The notes under the pieces are model-generated. The model was not told the DNA's origin. It saw only the letters and a list, made by a program, of their open reading frames with translations, and did no database searches. Of a stretch of 64,000 bases of DNA, positions 13,323 to 26,310 are shown in pieces. Within the stretch, counting starts at the first letter, position 1. The number at the start of each line of letters is the position of its first letter. Location of the stretch: positions 60,151,635-60,215,634 of the forward strand of contig NC_068984.1 in assembly GCF_001194135.2 (NCBI RefSeq). The letters are read 5' to 3'. The DNA is from Octopus bimaculoides. Its lineage: Eukaryota. The position numbers and the translations under genes are program-made.

Positions 13323-13570
13323 ATCATCATCATCATCATCATTTAACATCCCCCTTCCATACTGGTATGAATTGGATGGTTTGATTGGAGCTGGCTAATC
13401 AGAAGACTGCGCCAAGCTCTGCTCGCTGTTTTGGCATGATTTCTATGATTGGATGCCCTTCCTAAAGCCAACCACTCTGCAAAATGTACTGAGTGCTTTT
13501 TACATGGCACCAGCGGCAGTGAGGTCACTAAATAACTTGCAGGGCAAGACCCCCTCAGCTGGGGAAAGTA
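13323..13570 (-). mobile_element. Older RTE-type 3' end; related copies at 3790-3990(+), 7165-7339(+), 40951-41123(+), 49247-49500(-), 63541-63740(+)
   Basis: Shared ggttggc..aggaagggcatcc...ccaacccatgccagcatggaa...gttaaatgatgatg motifs with more divergence. Confidence 0.7.
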
Positions 13571-13963
13571 TTATTGAGGGACAGAAAAGGTTTCTTGCAT
13601 TAGAAGACAGACATGGCTTCCTCAGATGGAGAAGACAGTGAGAGGAGAGATGGTGAAGATGTAACAGGGAGAGGGAAGGGGCCATATACCCAAGTTACAG
13701 GGTGGAGTATATAATGAAGTGGGGATTGGAGAAGGTGAGTTGGTGGGTGAGTTCCCAAGATTTCAAAAGGAGAGTGGGAACTAGAGTTGGATGGGGGATG
13801 TTATGAGTGGGCACTGGTAGAGGGAAGGGGTAATGAGGAAGGTATGTTGTGAGGAAGGGAGTTAAAAGGGACATTGTATGCAGGTAGGTTGGTAGGGAGA
13901 AAGGGGAAATAGCAGTAATGTGTGTGGGTGGATTGTGGTGGGGGAGGAGACATGGACATGGAT

Positions 13964-14200
13964 TTAACCCTTTAGCATTTAAACCGGCTATATCCAGTCA
14001 AAATATTCTGCCTATTTTATGTTCAAAACTAGCCAAATCTGGCTTCTCACACCAACTCTATAATATCATTCTGAAAAATTAACAATTACCTCATCAAAAT
14101 CTCATAGCTACAAGATAATGCTTGACTAATTCCAAAACAATGTGACTAAATAAGCATTACTTTAGACTAGACAGAATAATCTAAATGCTAAAAGGATTAA
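13964..14200. mobile_element. piggyBac-type MITE with TTAA flanks; second copy 53305-53504; single end at 12897-12947
   Basis: TTAA-CCCTTTAGCATT ... AATGCTAAA(A)GGA-TTAA; internal sequences of the two copies align. Confidence 0.8.
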
Positions 14201-14384
14201 CTAAACTGGGTAGGTCTTCTCAAGCACAGTAAATTGTCAGTTGTCTTGCAAACGTGTTTCTGAACAATTGGTTATCACTGCATTAACAGAATGAGCGAGC
14301 ACCATTGATATATTAATTGTCAGCACCAGCAATAAGATATGAACCATTATCAATTCTTCTTCATATAGTAATCCAATACCTTAC

Positions 14385-14440
14385 CATCTTAGCCACAACA
14401 CTATATGTTTTTATTGCATTCTTTTCTGTTATCCTCTTTG
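14385..14440 (-). CDS. Candidate 56-nt exon (KRITEKNAIKTYSVVAKM) on the minus strand
   Basis: Minus-strand pyrimidine tract ...ctcttcaaccgttcttcgacag and donor ATG|gtaagg; open frame; no homology recognised. Confidence 0.25.
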
Positions 14441-14888
14441 CTGTCGAAGAACGGTTGAAGAGTGAGTGATATTTTAAAGAGATATTGAGCAATTGAAATT
14501 TCCAGTGTATAAGAATAAAGACAGGAGACAGAGAACAAGACATAGTCTTTGTCAAATTCAATAGTTGAAATGCCTCAAAAGGGAAGAAAATAAACAAAAA
14601 GAAAAAAATATATATATATTTAAACTAAACAAAAATTACAAACCAAAACCACAGAATATTGATCTTAGATGTTTGGAGACAGTTTCTCTGCCTTCATTTG
14701 CATTAGTTTATTATATTTTTATGTATATTTAAAAAAATTTTTGTACATTGTTTGCTTGTTTAGTTTGTTATTTCCATTAGGTTAAATTCTGAGTCCCTTA
14801 ATTTAAATGCTTAAACTTATGTTTCATATCTGGAATTATTCCATCTGTTTATCTATTTATTTTTACTTTATTATTATTATTATTATCA

Positions 14889-14947
<59 letters not shown>

Positions 14948-15129
14948 ATCTGCATACATACATATGAATATATGTGTGCGTATATATGTGTATTGTCTTG
15001 TTTATTGAGAAAATAATATTGCCTACAAAGGAAACAGAAAAAAATAAACGGATGAAAGACAAAAAAAAAAAATGGAAACAAACTAAGAAAGCAAATATAC
15101 AAAGAAAGGAGGACACACATATGGAAGAT

Positions 15130-15161
<32 letters not shown>

Positions 15162-15207
15162 TACATATAATGTGTATGTGTGTGTGTATATATATATACT
15201 ACATATA

Positions 15208-15249
<42 letters not shown>

Positions 15250-16113
15250 NNNNNNNNNNNNNNNNNNNNNNNNNNNNNNNNNNNNNNNNNNNNNNNNNNN
15301 NNNNNNNNNNNNNNNNNNNNNNNNNNNNNNNNNNNNNNNNNNNNNNNNNNNNNNNNNNNNNNNNNNNNNNNNNNNNNNNNNNNNNNNNNNNNNNNNNNNN
15401 NNNNNNNNNNNNNNNNNNNNNNNNNNNNNNNNNNNNNNNNNNNNNNNNNNNNNNNNNNNNNNNNNNNNNNNNNNNNNNNNNNNNNNNNNNNNNNNNNNNN
15501 NNNNNNNNNNNNNNNNNNNNNNNNNNNNNNNNNNNNNNNNNNNNNNNNNNNNNNNNNNNNNNNNNNNNNNNNNNNNNNNNNNNNNNNNNNNNNNNNNNNN
15601 NNNNNNNNNNNNNNNNNNNNNNNNNNNNNNNNNNNNNNNNNNNNNNNNNNNNNNNNNNNNNNNNNNNNNNNNNNNNNNNNNNNNNNNNNNNNNNNNNNNN
15701 NNNNNNNNNNNNNNNNNNNNNNNNNNNNNNNNNNNNNNNNNNNNNNNNNNNNNNNNNNNNNNNNNNNNNNNNNNNNNNNNNNNNNNNNNNNNNNNNNNNN
15801 NNNNNNNNNNNNNNNNNNNNNNNNNNNNNNNNNNNNNNNNNNNNNNNNNNNNNNNNNNNNNNNNNNNNNNNNNNNNNNNNNNNNNNNNNNNNNNNNNNNN
15901 NNNGTACATTGCTGCAGATGTATTTATTGTGTAAAATGTCAATTTCCTACATAAATAAATATAGCAACAAAAAAACAAACAAACAAACAAAAAAACAACA
16001 ACAAAACAACACCTCCCCCCACCAAATAACACACACTATTAGGCGCACCTCAGTTACCTCTCTTTCTACTACTACTACTACTACTATTACAACAGTGGCT
16101 GTTGCTGCTGCTG

Positions 16114-16152
<39 letters not shown>

Positions 16153-17304
16153 GAAAAGAGAGAAAAGAAAAATTATAAAAAGGGAGAGGGGACAATGATT
16201 GCAAACCAAAGGAGAATTCAGTGTAACAATGACAAACAGTGACTGGCGTTAAGGAGTCAAACAATGTCTGTACAATAAACCCATATGCTTCAAGAAGAAG
16301 ACTAAATAAGAAGAAAAGAAGCCCCAAGGCCTATAACAAACTTGTCAGTAACTAAGTTTCAAACAATTGCAATGGAAATATCTCAAAGGTCATCTCCTCT
16401 GAACCACTTCCTTTTGGCGTCCATCTTTCATTCTTAACATTGTCATTCCCCACTCATATTTACTGTTGTTCAACCCTTGATCCTTGTCTAGCATTTACTA
16501 CATTCACCCCCACCCTACTATTTTTAACCTTCTCTTGTGCTTACACCCCGTCATACCCTTGCAACTTTTACCCAGCCACCCTTCCTGATCTTCTATTCCC
16601 ATGCACTCTTCTATTCATCTTCTTGTACTATGAAAGTATGCTCTCACACTTCATCACTGGCATCTTTATCTCTCTTTCCTATTCCAGTCTCCCTTGTATA
16701 ATGTGAGATAGCCATGTATTAACTCTACAACAGCGAGAAACCTGTTCTTGTCATACTTTAATTTCTCAACACCTTGCTTAAAACTCTCTCTCTCTCTCTC
16801 TACCGTCCTCTCTCTCTCTACCGCCTTCTCTCTCTCTCCAGTTTTTCCTCTGGCTTAGAAAGCTCATTAGTCTTATGAGTTACATGGTGACTTCACTAGT
16901 GCTGGTGTTATGGGGAAGGCACTGTGTCACACTATGTAAAATGGTTTCATTATAAAGCCAGAGAAACTATGACAAAACTGATACACTGGAGCTAGATGTG
17001 ATCCTCTGACCTCCTGGATTCTGTTGAACCAGCCAGCATGGAGAGCAGATATATACGTATATGAGTGAGCATCTGTGTTTTTGTTTACATTTGGTGATCT
17101 ATAACAGTTCTATGTATGGTGTTGTTGTCACTTCTTTTGTCAACAACTTGTTTGTCCACTTCATGCCTTTGTGGAAGTGTGAAAAACAGGTAAGGTTTAG
17201 AAACAGGAAAGGCATCTAATTGTAAAGCATTGAATACCGCAATAGTATATTTGTCTAACATAAGTAAGAATGGAAGAAAAAAAGGGTATAAAATAAACAA
17301 GTAG

Positions 17305-17343
<39 letters not shown>

Positions 17344-17695
17344 TGTGTGTGTGTGTGTGTGTGTGTGTCTGTGTGTGTGTGTNNNNNNNNNNNNNNNNNN
17401 NNNNNNNNNNNNNNNNNNNNNNNNNNNNNNNNNNNNNNNNNNNNNNNNNNNNNNNNNNNNNNNNNNNNNNNNNNNNNNNNNNNNNNNNNNNNNNNNNNNN
17501 NNNNNNNNNNNNNNNNNNNNNNNNNNNNNNNNNNNNNNNNNNNNNNNNNNNNNNNNNNNNNNNNNNNNNNNNNNNNNNNNNNNNNNNNNNNNNNNNNNNN
17601 NNNNNNNNNNNNNNNNNNNNNNNNNNNNNNNNNNNNNNNNNNNNNNNNNNNNNNNNNNNNNNNNNNNNNNNNNNNNNNNNNNNNNNNNNNNNNNN

Positions 17696-17739
<44 letters not shown>

Positions 17740-19797
17740 TAAATATATATATATGTGTGTGTGTCTATTTGTATATAGATATATGTGTATACAAGTATAT
17801 TATATATATGTATATATAGAAGTCATTTCATTTTAGTGTCTATTTCTGGCAGCGTTATATAATTTTATTTTTAGTTCTGTCTACTTTTGATCGTGTTTTG
17901 GAATAATTATATTTGTGACACGCAAACACATATCTATAGATATATATATATAGATATGGAGAGAGAAACAAACACACATACATACACACACGTGCATTCT
18001 ATATTATACTAATACAGTTACTGTATTTAGAATTTAAATAGAGAGGAACTACTAAACACAACTTCATTGGTAGTGCTGTATTCAAGGTAGACTTAATTTA
18101 TTGCCTTGTTCAAAACCACCACTTGGACATTGGGTGTCTTTAACAAAATGCGCTTGTTTGTTGTCATTGGAACCGGGACTGAGGTAGAAGAGGATCTGGT
18201 ACCTTGATGTCCTCTTCTTACAGTGGCATCATGTGAATCATGGTTGCTTTTTCCCCTCACTTTTCTGCCTATAATTTTGGAGAATATGCAATGCTCATTA
18301 TTATTTTGCCTTAGTCCTCTGACTATAATTATTTAACAAGTTGACTGATATTAATAAAAGGTGAATTAGAACCAGTGTGAGTTTTTATCTGCAAAATACT
18401 CTTCCTCCCCACAAGAGACAAGTATATATGTATATATATGTAAAATTACATATATAAATGTCTTTCTGTTTGTCTGTCTGTACATTCACACATTCATACA
18501 TAAAAATCTAGATATGTATATATATGAATACACACACATGCATTCATGCAAAAATGTGTCTGTGTTTGTGTACACACACACACACGCACACATACACACA
18601 CTTGCATCAGCATTATATCATAGAGGGAAAAATTTGCAAACTACTCATTTTTAGCATTAGTGAATTTCTTTGTCTTTATGTGTGAGTGCATGTGTGCCCC
18701 AGTTTTTCGCTGGCTTACTGTCTTAATATCTTAGTAGCCAAATAATGCATGCCATATGTAATTAGAATAAGTTATTTGAGTTTGGTTTGTCTGAAACTCA
18801 TTTCATTTTAGCATATATTTCTGCAAGCATAGTACTATTTTCTATCTAGTTTTCTTTACATTAGATTGCTTTATGGAATAATTCTCTTTATGATATGAAA
18901 AATCACATGCACTCTATATTATATGAACATGGTTGCCATATTCAGAAATTCAGTAGTTCACAGAACTAGAATGTATTGCTTAATTTTTATATTCTAGTAA
19001 ACCTGTGTTCTGTCTTGAGGTGAAATTTTCCCATTCTGTTGATAGACTTTACCAAATCTGGAGCTATGCACTAGTTTCATGAAGTGATTGTAACATCATT
19101 TTTCATTATAGGACAACTAATCTGGAACATTCCTTTCAGACAGATTTAATCTGTTTAACCTGTGTATCAACAATAAAGTTGTAAAGACAGATAGAATGGT
19201 GAAGCAGCTTAAGGAGTTCGACCAGCTGTTGCTAAGTCATGAGTTCAAGCTTCTTCAGTCATTTCATTTTGTCTATGAGCAATACATTTAGTTCTGTGTG
19301 CATGACTTTACCTTATCTGTTGTTATTGTTGTTTAACACCTTATTATATAGATTGAGCAGATCTATATAATCAAAGGCATTCCAGCTAGACACCCTGTCT
19401 TTATCCCAGGAATATTATTGAATGTGTTACTTTTCTTTTAGGCTGTAATTTGTGAGTGAATTATTTTGGATGTTATTTCCAAGTAAATGGTAGTCATTAA
19501 TATGTGTACAGCTTGTGTACAGTTATGGAGTAAATCTACATGTGAAATTATGGCTGTGTGGTTAGAAAGCTTGCTTTGCAATGTTGTGGGTTTTGGGTTC
19601 AGTTCCACTGCACAGTACTTGGGCAGGTGTCTTCTGCTATAGCCCTGGGCTAACTAATGCCTTGTGAGTGAATTTGGTAAATAGAAACTATGTGGAAACC
19701 TGTTGTATGTGTGTGTATGTGCATCTTTGTGTTGTATCTGTCCCCACTCCCCACCACTTGACAACCTGTGTTATTTTGTTGATGTCCCTGTAACTTA

Positions 19798-22298
19798 GAA
19801 GTTTTGTAGTATAATCACCAGGAACTTTGTCAGACTTGCTTTGTTGGGAGGGCTACTGAGCAACTTATGCCATTGCTCGATAGTGTGCCCAGGTGCTATG
19901 CTTCTGAACTGGATTCCTGTTAATCCTTTCTGCATTTTATATGGATGTTTCCTTGTAAACATATGATGACTCTGGGCTGCTTCGTGGAGACCATATGTCA
20001 TCAATGACTCTGAGATCTGTGAGAAGGTCTTGTCACTTCCTTTCAGTTTCTAGGCCAAGCTCATCCCATCAGTAACTGTTGCTGACGGACTTGGAAGAAT
20101 TTCTACTGGAGCAACATACTTCTCCAACTCTCTAGCTAGAGATGCTTTGTTGGTCTTATGAAGAGTCCCATCATTGGCAAGTGCAAATGGTAGAGGGCCC
20201 AAAGGCCAGTACATTGGCCATATGTAGCTTTCTGCTTTCTACTGCAAGGATCATGTGACCAAACAAGTCTCAGTCAGCTTTCAAAACCACATCCTTGGCA
20301 TGCCCTTGAGTGTGTGGTTTCTCTCTGATGTCCAAGAAAGTTTTCAGTCTCATTTTAGTCATCTTGTCATGGAATTTTTTAGACGGCACATCAACTTCGA
20401 CATGTTCTTGTCTGAAGACCTGGTATGATTCTTCTCCATGCTTGTTAGCATCTAGGAGATCTTTTTCTATGTCTAGTGGTGCTGCAGTGGCACTGGATAA
20501 GCTCACAAAATCCTCATTTTCAGGTTTGAATAGGTTTAGCCAACTTACCTCCATGAGCTGGACAAGGGATTGGATATCTACTTTATCTTTTTTGATACTT
20601 GACTGATTGAGATTACAGTGGTTCAAAGACTTGTGTTTTCTTCAATTTGTCATATCTCTCAGTTGCTGCAGGTATGAGCTGTTATGCTCTGAGTTTAAAT
20701 AGAACCCAGCCACCACTGAGTTTAAATAGAACCCAGCTGCTCCAGCTATCAGACTGAATCCTTTTGTGCTGCCAGGAGTTTGGGTGTCCTTGTTAACTGT
20801 CTTTTTGATTGTTTGGTTCACTGGTATATATCCAAATGGATGAAGTGTGCATGGACTTTAGGATGTTCAATGTGGAGTTGAGGCATCATTGCATTGTAGT
20901 AGGTCAGGAATCGAGCATAGTCCACTTTGTAATAGGCAAAACACTGTGAGATCATCTTTCAGATGGATGCAAGGTGGAGGATCCAGTCACCTTCTCTGGA
21001 AGCTCATATTAGGCCAAGCATGATCTCCATCATGTCTATATATGACATCAGGGAAGCCAACATACTGTACACACATCTATCTAAGGGATTCAAAGGCAGG
21101 TTTGAAACAGCTCCAAAATCCTTGTGCAGGACTCATTTCCAAGAACCTCTTGGAGGGACATCTGGCTGACAGTGCTTTGAAAGTGGCCTATGATTCAATG
21201 TTTCTGCTAGGTGAGGCACATCTGCATGATTGTCCTCTATCCATGGGAGAAACCCTTTCCAGGCAAGCCTCATTAATGCTTCATACACAAGTTTGTGTAC
21301 CCTGACTACATGGTTGTACTTGTGACCTTCCATGATCCCAGCCACTGATCTATCTGCTGTGACGCCTGATTCAACACACATATCCCTGAGCCCTGCATCT
21401 TGAAGCTGCTTGCTGATGATAGAAAGGAATTTGAAGTTTCTTTTGTGTACAATTTGTAGCATGATATATGGTAATACCCCTCTGCAGCAATAAGTTCTCT
21501 GCTTGCAAGGCAAGAATTCTTTGATCACATCATCTTGTTGCTGCTCTATGGACAGTATCATCAACACAACTCCACACATTGTGTAAGGGGTTCTTGTGTT
21601 TTTTTACCTTTCAGGTAATTGCTGGACTTGTTGTTGCAGAAAATGCATAATATGTCATACACTCTAGAAGTACTTGGGGAATCATGGGATGATTTTCATT
21701 TGGCACCCACTTCCACAGCTTCAACACTGTTGCTTTTTGCAATGATGGTGCCAAGACTTTTCTTCATGGTGAAGACACTGCAACATTTTCGATGATACTG
21801 TACTTGTGGTATTTTACCCTCTAAACCTTTAGTGAATTCAAGAACTGGAACATACTACCTTATCTCTGCAGCCCTGAGCAATACTGTTCATGAGTTGAGA
21901 TCTTGTGGTGACACAAGGTTGTCAGAGGTATCGTTGGAACAATGGATGATATAGTGTAGATATGCTTGCTTCCTTGGTTCCTTGGAAGTGTTTCACTGTC
22001 ATCTCTGCTTGTTGAAACCATTGTGCCTATTTCAAAACATCACTGCAATAATGTTTTCACCTGAAAAATTGAGAAAAGTAATTTCAAGCATTGAGATATT
22101 AAATATATTAATCAAAATGTATCAGACATATTCTAATTTCTGCTAGATGTGTGAATGATGTCATATATGTTGTAGTCATCATATGCAGAAGTACTTCAGT
22201 ATGAATATTGGTGAAATTTCATAAATCTGCAAAAACAAAAGAACAAAGCTACTGAGCTGAAAGAGCTATCACATTTTTTTACACTCATAGTGACCCTA
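19798..22298 (-). mobile_element. Decayed Academ-like (AcademX-type) DNA transposon gene
   Basis: Fragments SIISKQLQDAGLRDMCVESGV...GHKYNHVVRVHKLVYEALMRLAW; LGPLPFALANDGTLHKTNKASLARELEK; TVTDGMSL (PIN/XPG-like first Asp); IQFRSIAPGH...NKASLTKFL. Superfamily assignment is from recalled motif similarity; the terminus at 22298 (TAGGGTCACT on minus) is tentative. Confidence 0.65.
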
Positions 22299-22541
22299 TA
22301 AACATTTTGATATCACTTAGGTGTATTCACCCCAGATGGTACTGCTGGCTGATGTGGCTGGTGTATTACTTGACTTTTTCCTTTGTGGAAAGACCCCAGG
22401 ACCACATTATCTGATATATCCTTTTCTTAACATTAGTAGGGTATAATTTGAGGAAGTTTTGGCTATAATTTCTAGCAAGCCAAGCAAGCATAAAGAGGTT
22501 CCTTTGTTTGTTTGCTGTTGTTGCTGCAGCTGATGTTATTA

Positions 22542-23920
22542 CTGTTTATCTGAATGGTTGAGTGGGGAGGTTGATGAAATAAAGTACCAGTTAAGTATTT
22601 GGGTTGATTTAATCACCTGCTCATCTGTTAGCATGTAATGAATTAACATGGTCCATAGTAAAACCCACCTACTACACCTCCTCTTCCTTCTCCTCATCAT
22701 CATGCTAATTATCAGTATTCATTTTGTATTTACACAGTTATATTTAACTTTCTCGTCATCATTTCTTTTGTCATTGTCATCACTTTTGTCCTCCTCCTCC
22801 TCCTCTTTCTCCTCTTCCTCCTCCTCTTCCTCCTCCTCCTCCTCCTCCTCCTCCTCCTCCTCTTCCTCCTCTTCTTCCTCCTCCNNNNNNNNNNNNNNNN
22901 NNNNNNNNNNNNNNNNNNNNNNNNNNNNNNNNNNNNNNNNNNNNNNNNNNNNNNNNNNNNNNNNNNNNNNNNNNNNNNNNNNNNNNNNNNNNNNNNNNNN
23001 NNNNNNNNNNNNNNNNNNNNNNNNNNNNNNNNNNNNNNNNNNNNNNNNNNNNNNNNNNNNNNNNNNNNNNNNNNNNNNNNNNNNNNNNNNNNNNNNNNNN
23101 NNNNNNNNNNNNNNNNNNNNNNNNNNNNNNNNNNNNNNNNNNNNNNNNNNNNNNNNNNNNNNNNNNNNNNNNNNNNNNNNNNNNNNNNNNNNNNNNNNNN
23201 NNNNNNNNNNNNNNNNNNNNNNNNNNNNNNNNNNNNNNNNNNNNNNNNNNNNNNNNNNNNNNNNNNNNNNNNNNNNNNNNNNNNNNNNNNNNNNNNNNNN
23301 NNNNNNNNNNNNNNNNNNNNNNNNNNNNNNNNNNNNNNNNNNNNNNNNNNNNNNNNNNNNNNNNNNNNNNNNNNNNNNNNNNNNNNNNNNNNNNNNNNNN
23401 NNNNNNNNNNNNNNNNNNNNNNNNNNNNNNNNNNNNNNNNNNNNNNNNNNNNNNNNNNNNNNNNNNNNNNNNNNNNNNNNNNNNNNNNNNNNNNNNNNNN
23501 NNNNNNNNNNNNNNNNNNNNNNNNNNNNNNNNNNNNNNNNNNNNNNNNNNNNNNNNNNNNNNNNNNNNNNNNNNNNNNNNNNNNNNNNNNNNNNNNNNNN
23601 NNNNNNNNNNNNNNNNNNNNNNNNNNNNNNNNNNNNNNNNNNNNNNNNNNNNNNNNNNNNNNNNNNNNNNNNNNNNNNNNNNNNNNNNNNNNNNNNNNNN
23701 NNNNNNNNNNNNNNNNNNNNNNNNNNNNNNNNNNNNNNNNNNNNNNNNNNNNNNNNNNNNCCTCTGCCTCATCATGATCATCATCATGATCATCATCATC
23801 TTTCTAACAATATAAGTACCAATATCCTTGTAGCAAAAGTACTGTTGAAAAGGATCATAGTAATAGTGGTGCTGTTATTGATGGTAATGTTCATAAAATG
23901 GTCATGGTGGCAGTGGAGGT

Positions 23921-23959
<39 letters not shown>

Positions 23960-24975
23960 GAAAAATAGTCATTTTCTTTAAGTCTCTAAAGAATATTCAT
24001 GATGTCGTAGTTCTAAATTGCTTAATTCAGGATTACAAGATTCTTAGTGAGGGTAGGAGAGTGGAGGGGGAGCAATAACAAAAATAAATAAACAAAAAAA
24101 AATGCAATAGACATAGTATAATAAAAGTAATATCTCAGTTTCTTGTTGAATAATTAAGAATGTTAAAAAGTAATTAAAAACAACAGCAGTAAATAAAAAG
24201 GAAAATTTTAGTTATTACATGAAAAAATGAAAAAAAATGGTTGTAATATTTTGAGAAAACTCTGGAATATTTTTAATGTTGATATTTTGTTTACCTTTAA
24301 ATCTTTTACATGTGACAAGGGATTTCTTCAGAAAAGTTTCTAATTAGTTTTTTTCTTTGCTTTGAAGGAATTCAGTTTAGCAAAATTTGTTTATCTAATT
24401 ATTAAGCATTTCTTGTTAATTACTTCCTTTGAGGATATCAAGGTTACTTGATTATCTTGTCGTGTGATGACTGTTGTTAAAAATGTATCTACAATAATTG
24501 CATTAAATATCAAACGTAAAACTGTCTTTGTTTTTACAATTTCGTTTTTACAACTTGCTCTCTTCAATTTTATTTGTGTTAAAAATGCTTTTTAAAATAG
24601 ATTTAAATTCTTGGAATAAGAAATTCTTCCATATGTGGTATAACCCTTTTCTTCCTTTCTTGAGATTGTTACAAAGTTATGTAATTTTTCAGGGATTTCT
24701 CCTTTTGTTGATTTCTGTTTCTCTTCTGTCTGTATTTAAGTTTTCCATTTTTATAAGTGATAAGCTGGCAGAATTGTTAGAGCATCAGACAAAATTCTTT
24801 GCATTATTTGTTCCATCTCTTTTATGCTTTAAATTCAGTGTTCAATTCCTGTTTAGGTAAATTTTGCTGTTTATCTGAGTGGTTGAGTGGAGAGGTTGAT
24901 GAAATAAAGTACCAGTTAAGTATTTGGGTTGATTTAATCACCTGCTGATCTGTTAGCATATAATGAATTAGCATG
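22542..24975 (+). repeat. Direct repeat pair, 109 bp (22542-22650 and 24867-24975)
   Basis: 5 substitutions in 109 nt by manual alignment. Confidence 0.9.
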
Positions 24976-25041
24976 ATGCGTAGTAAAGCCCAAATCCCTG
25001 CCCAGGTGTAGTAGGGCTCTGACAGCAGCTGGGGTGACAAA

Positions 25042-26310
25042 CAGGGATTGGACAAAACAATGGAAAGACCTAGCATCATAGCATCATAATTTTGAAATAT
25101 CTATAAAAACCAACAAAAGCTTGTTTATTTTCATGTTTTTTATACTTATTATTAGTGTTGCTTAATATGTTTTGCTAAAATTACTGTTTCTTTTCAGATA
25201 TCAAAAAGGTAATTAAAATTTATTAAAATGACAGTTCTATTGGACTTTCAAAGAAGTCAAATTGTTGGTACTCATATGGCAGGCGCTAGTATAATGAAAA
25301 CAGCCGAAATGTTTGGTGTATCAAGAAGTACTGACTTGAGAGTAATGACAGCCTTTGAGAAAGATGGAAAAACCTCCCCATCGAAACAAAACACCGGAAG
25401 AAAACCAAAACTTTCAGAAAGGGACCGTTGGACTCTTACACAAATTATTAGAAAGGATCACAAAGGTACAGCTTCCAAAATTACTGCAGAGCTTGATGAG
25501 CACCTTGAGAACCTAGTTTCCACAAAAACTGTTCGCTGGGGGCTGCACAAAACTGGATTTCATGGGATGCTGCATTCAGAAAATGACTACTTTCAAAACC
25601 AAACGTTGCAAAGTGTTTAGAGTGGAGTAAAAACCTACAGAATTGGTCCCTAGAGCAGTGAAAGAATGTTATTTTCTCGGATGAGTCATCCTTTACCTTA
25701 TTTCCAACCACCAGCCAAGTATATGTGTGGAGACAGCCAAAAGAAGCATTTGACCCAGACTGCTTTCTTCCAACTGTTAAACATGGAGGAGGATCTGTGA
25801 TGATCTGGGGGGGCTATATCTTCGAAATCCTCCATCCCAAGGTTTTTCCCTTCATTGCAAAATTAATAGTCAAGACTATTTAAGCATTTTATTTAATCAA
25901 ATTCATTCTGTGGTTGCGGAACTGTTTCCGGAGGGAAACACAATCTTTCAGGATGATAATGCATCAATTCACACAGCTAAATTTGTTACTGAATGGCACA
26001 AGAAACATTCTAGTGAAATTGAACATCTTATCTGGCCATCACAGTCCCCAGATCTCAATATTATTGAACATGTATGGTGCATTTTAGAAAAACAAATAAG
26101 GAGTCGATATCCTCCACCATCATCACTACAAGAACCGGAGACTGTTTTTAGCTGAAAAATGGACAAAAATTCCTTTGGAAACAATAACTTTGTACGAGTC
26201 CATACCTCATAGAATTCAAGCTGTAATTAATACCAAAGGTGGTCCTACCCCATATTAAAATAGATTTGTTTGAAATTTTAAGGTGTTTCCATTATTTTGT
26301 CCAACCCCTG
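25042..26310 (+). mobile_element. Tc1-like transposon, near full length, DD36E transposase pseudogene
   Basis: 30-bp TIRs at 25042-25071 and 26281-26310 (27/30 match), TA after the right end. Paired-like HTH N-terminus (DFQRSQIVG...GRKPKLSERD), FSDES at 25680, FQDDNA...WPSQSPDLNIIE; stops and frameshifts present. Confidence 0.93.
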
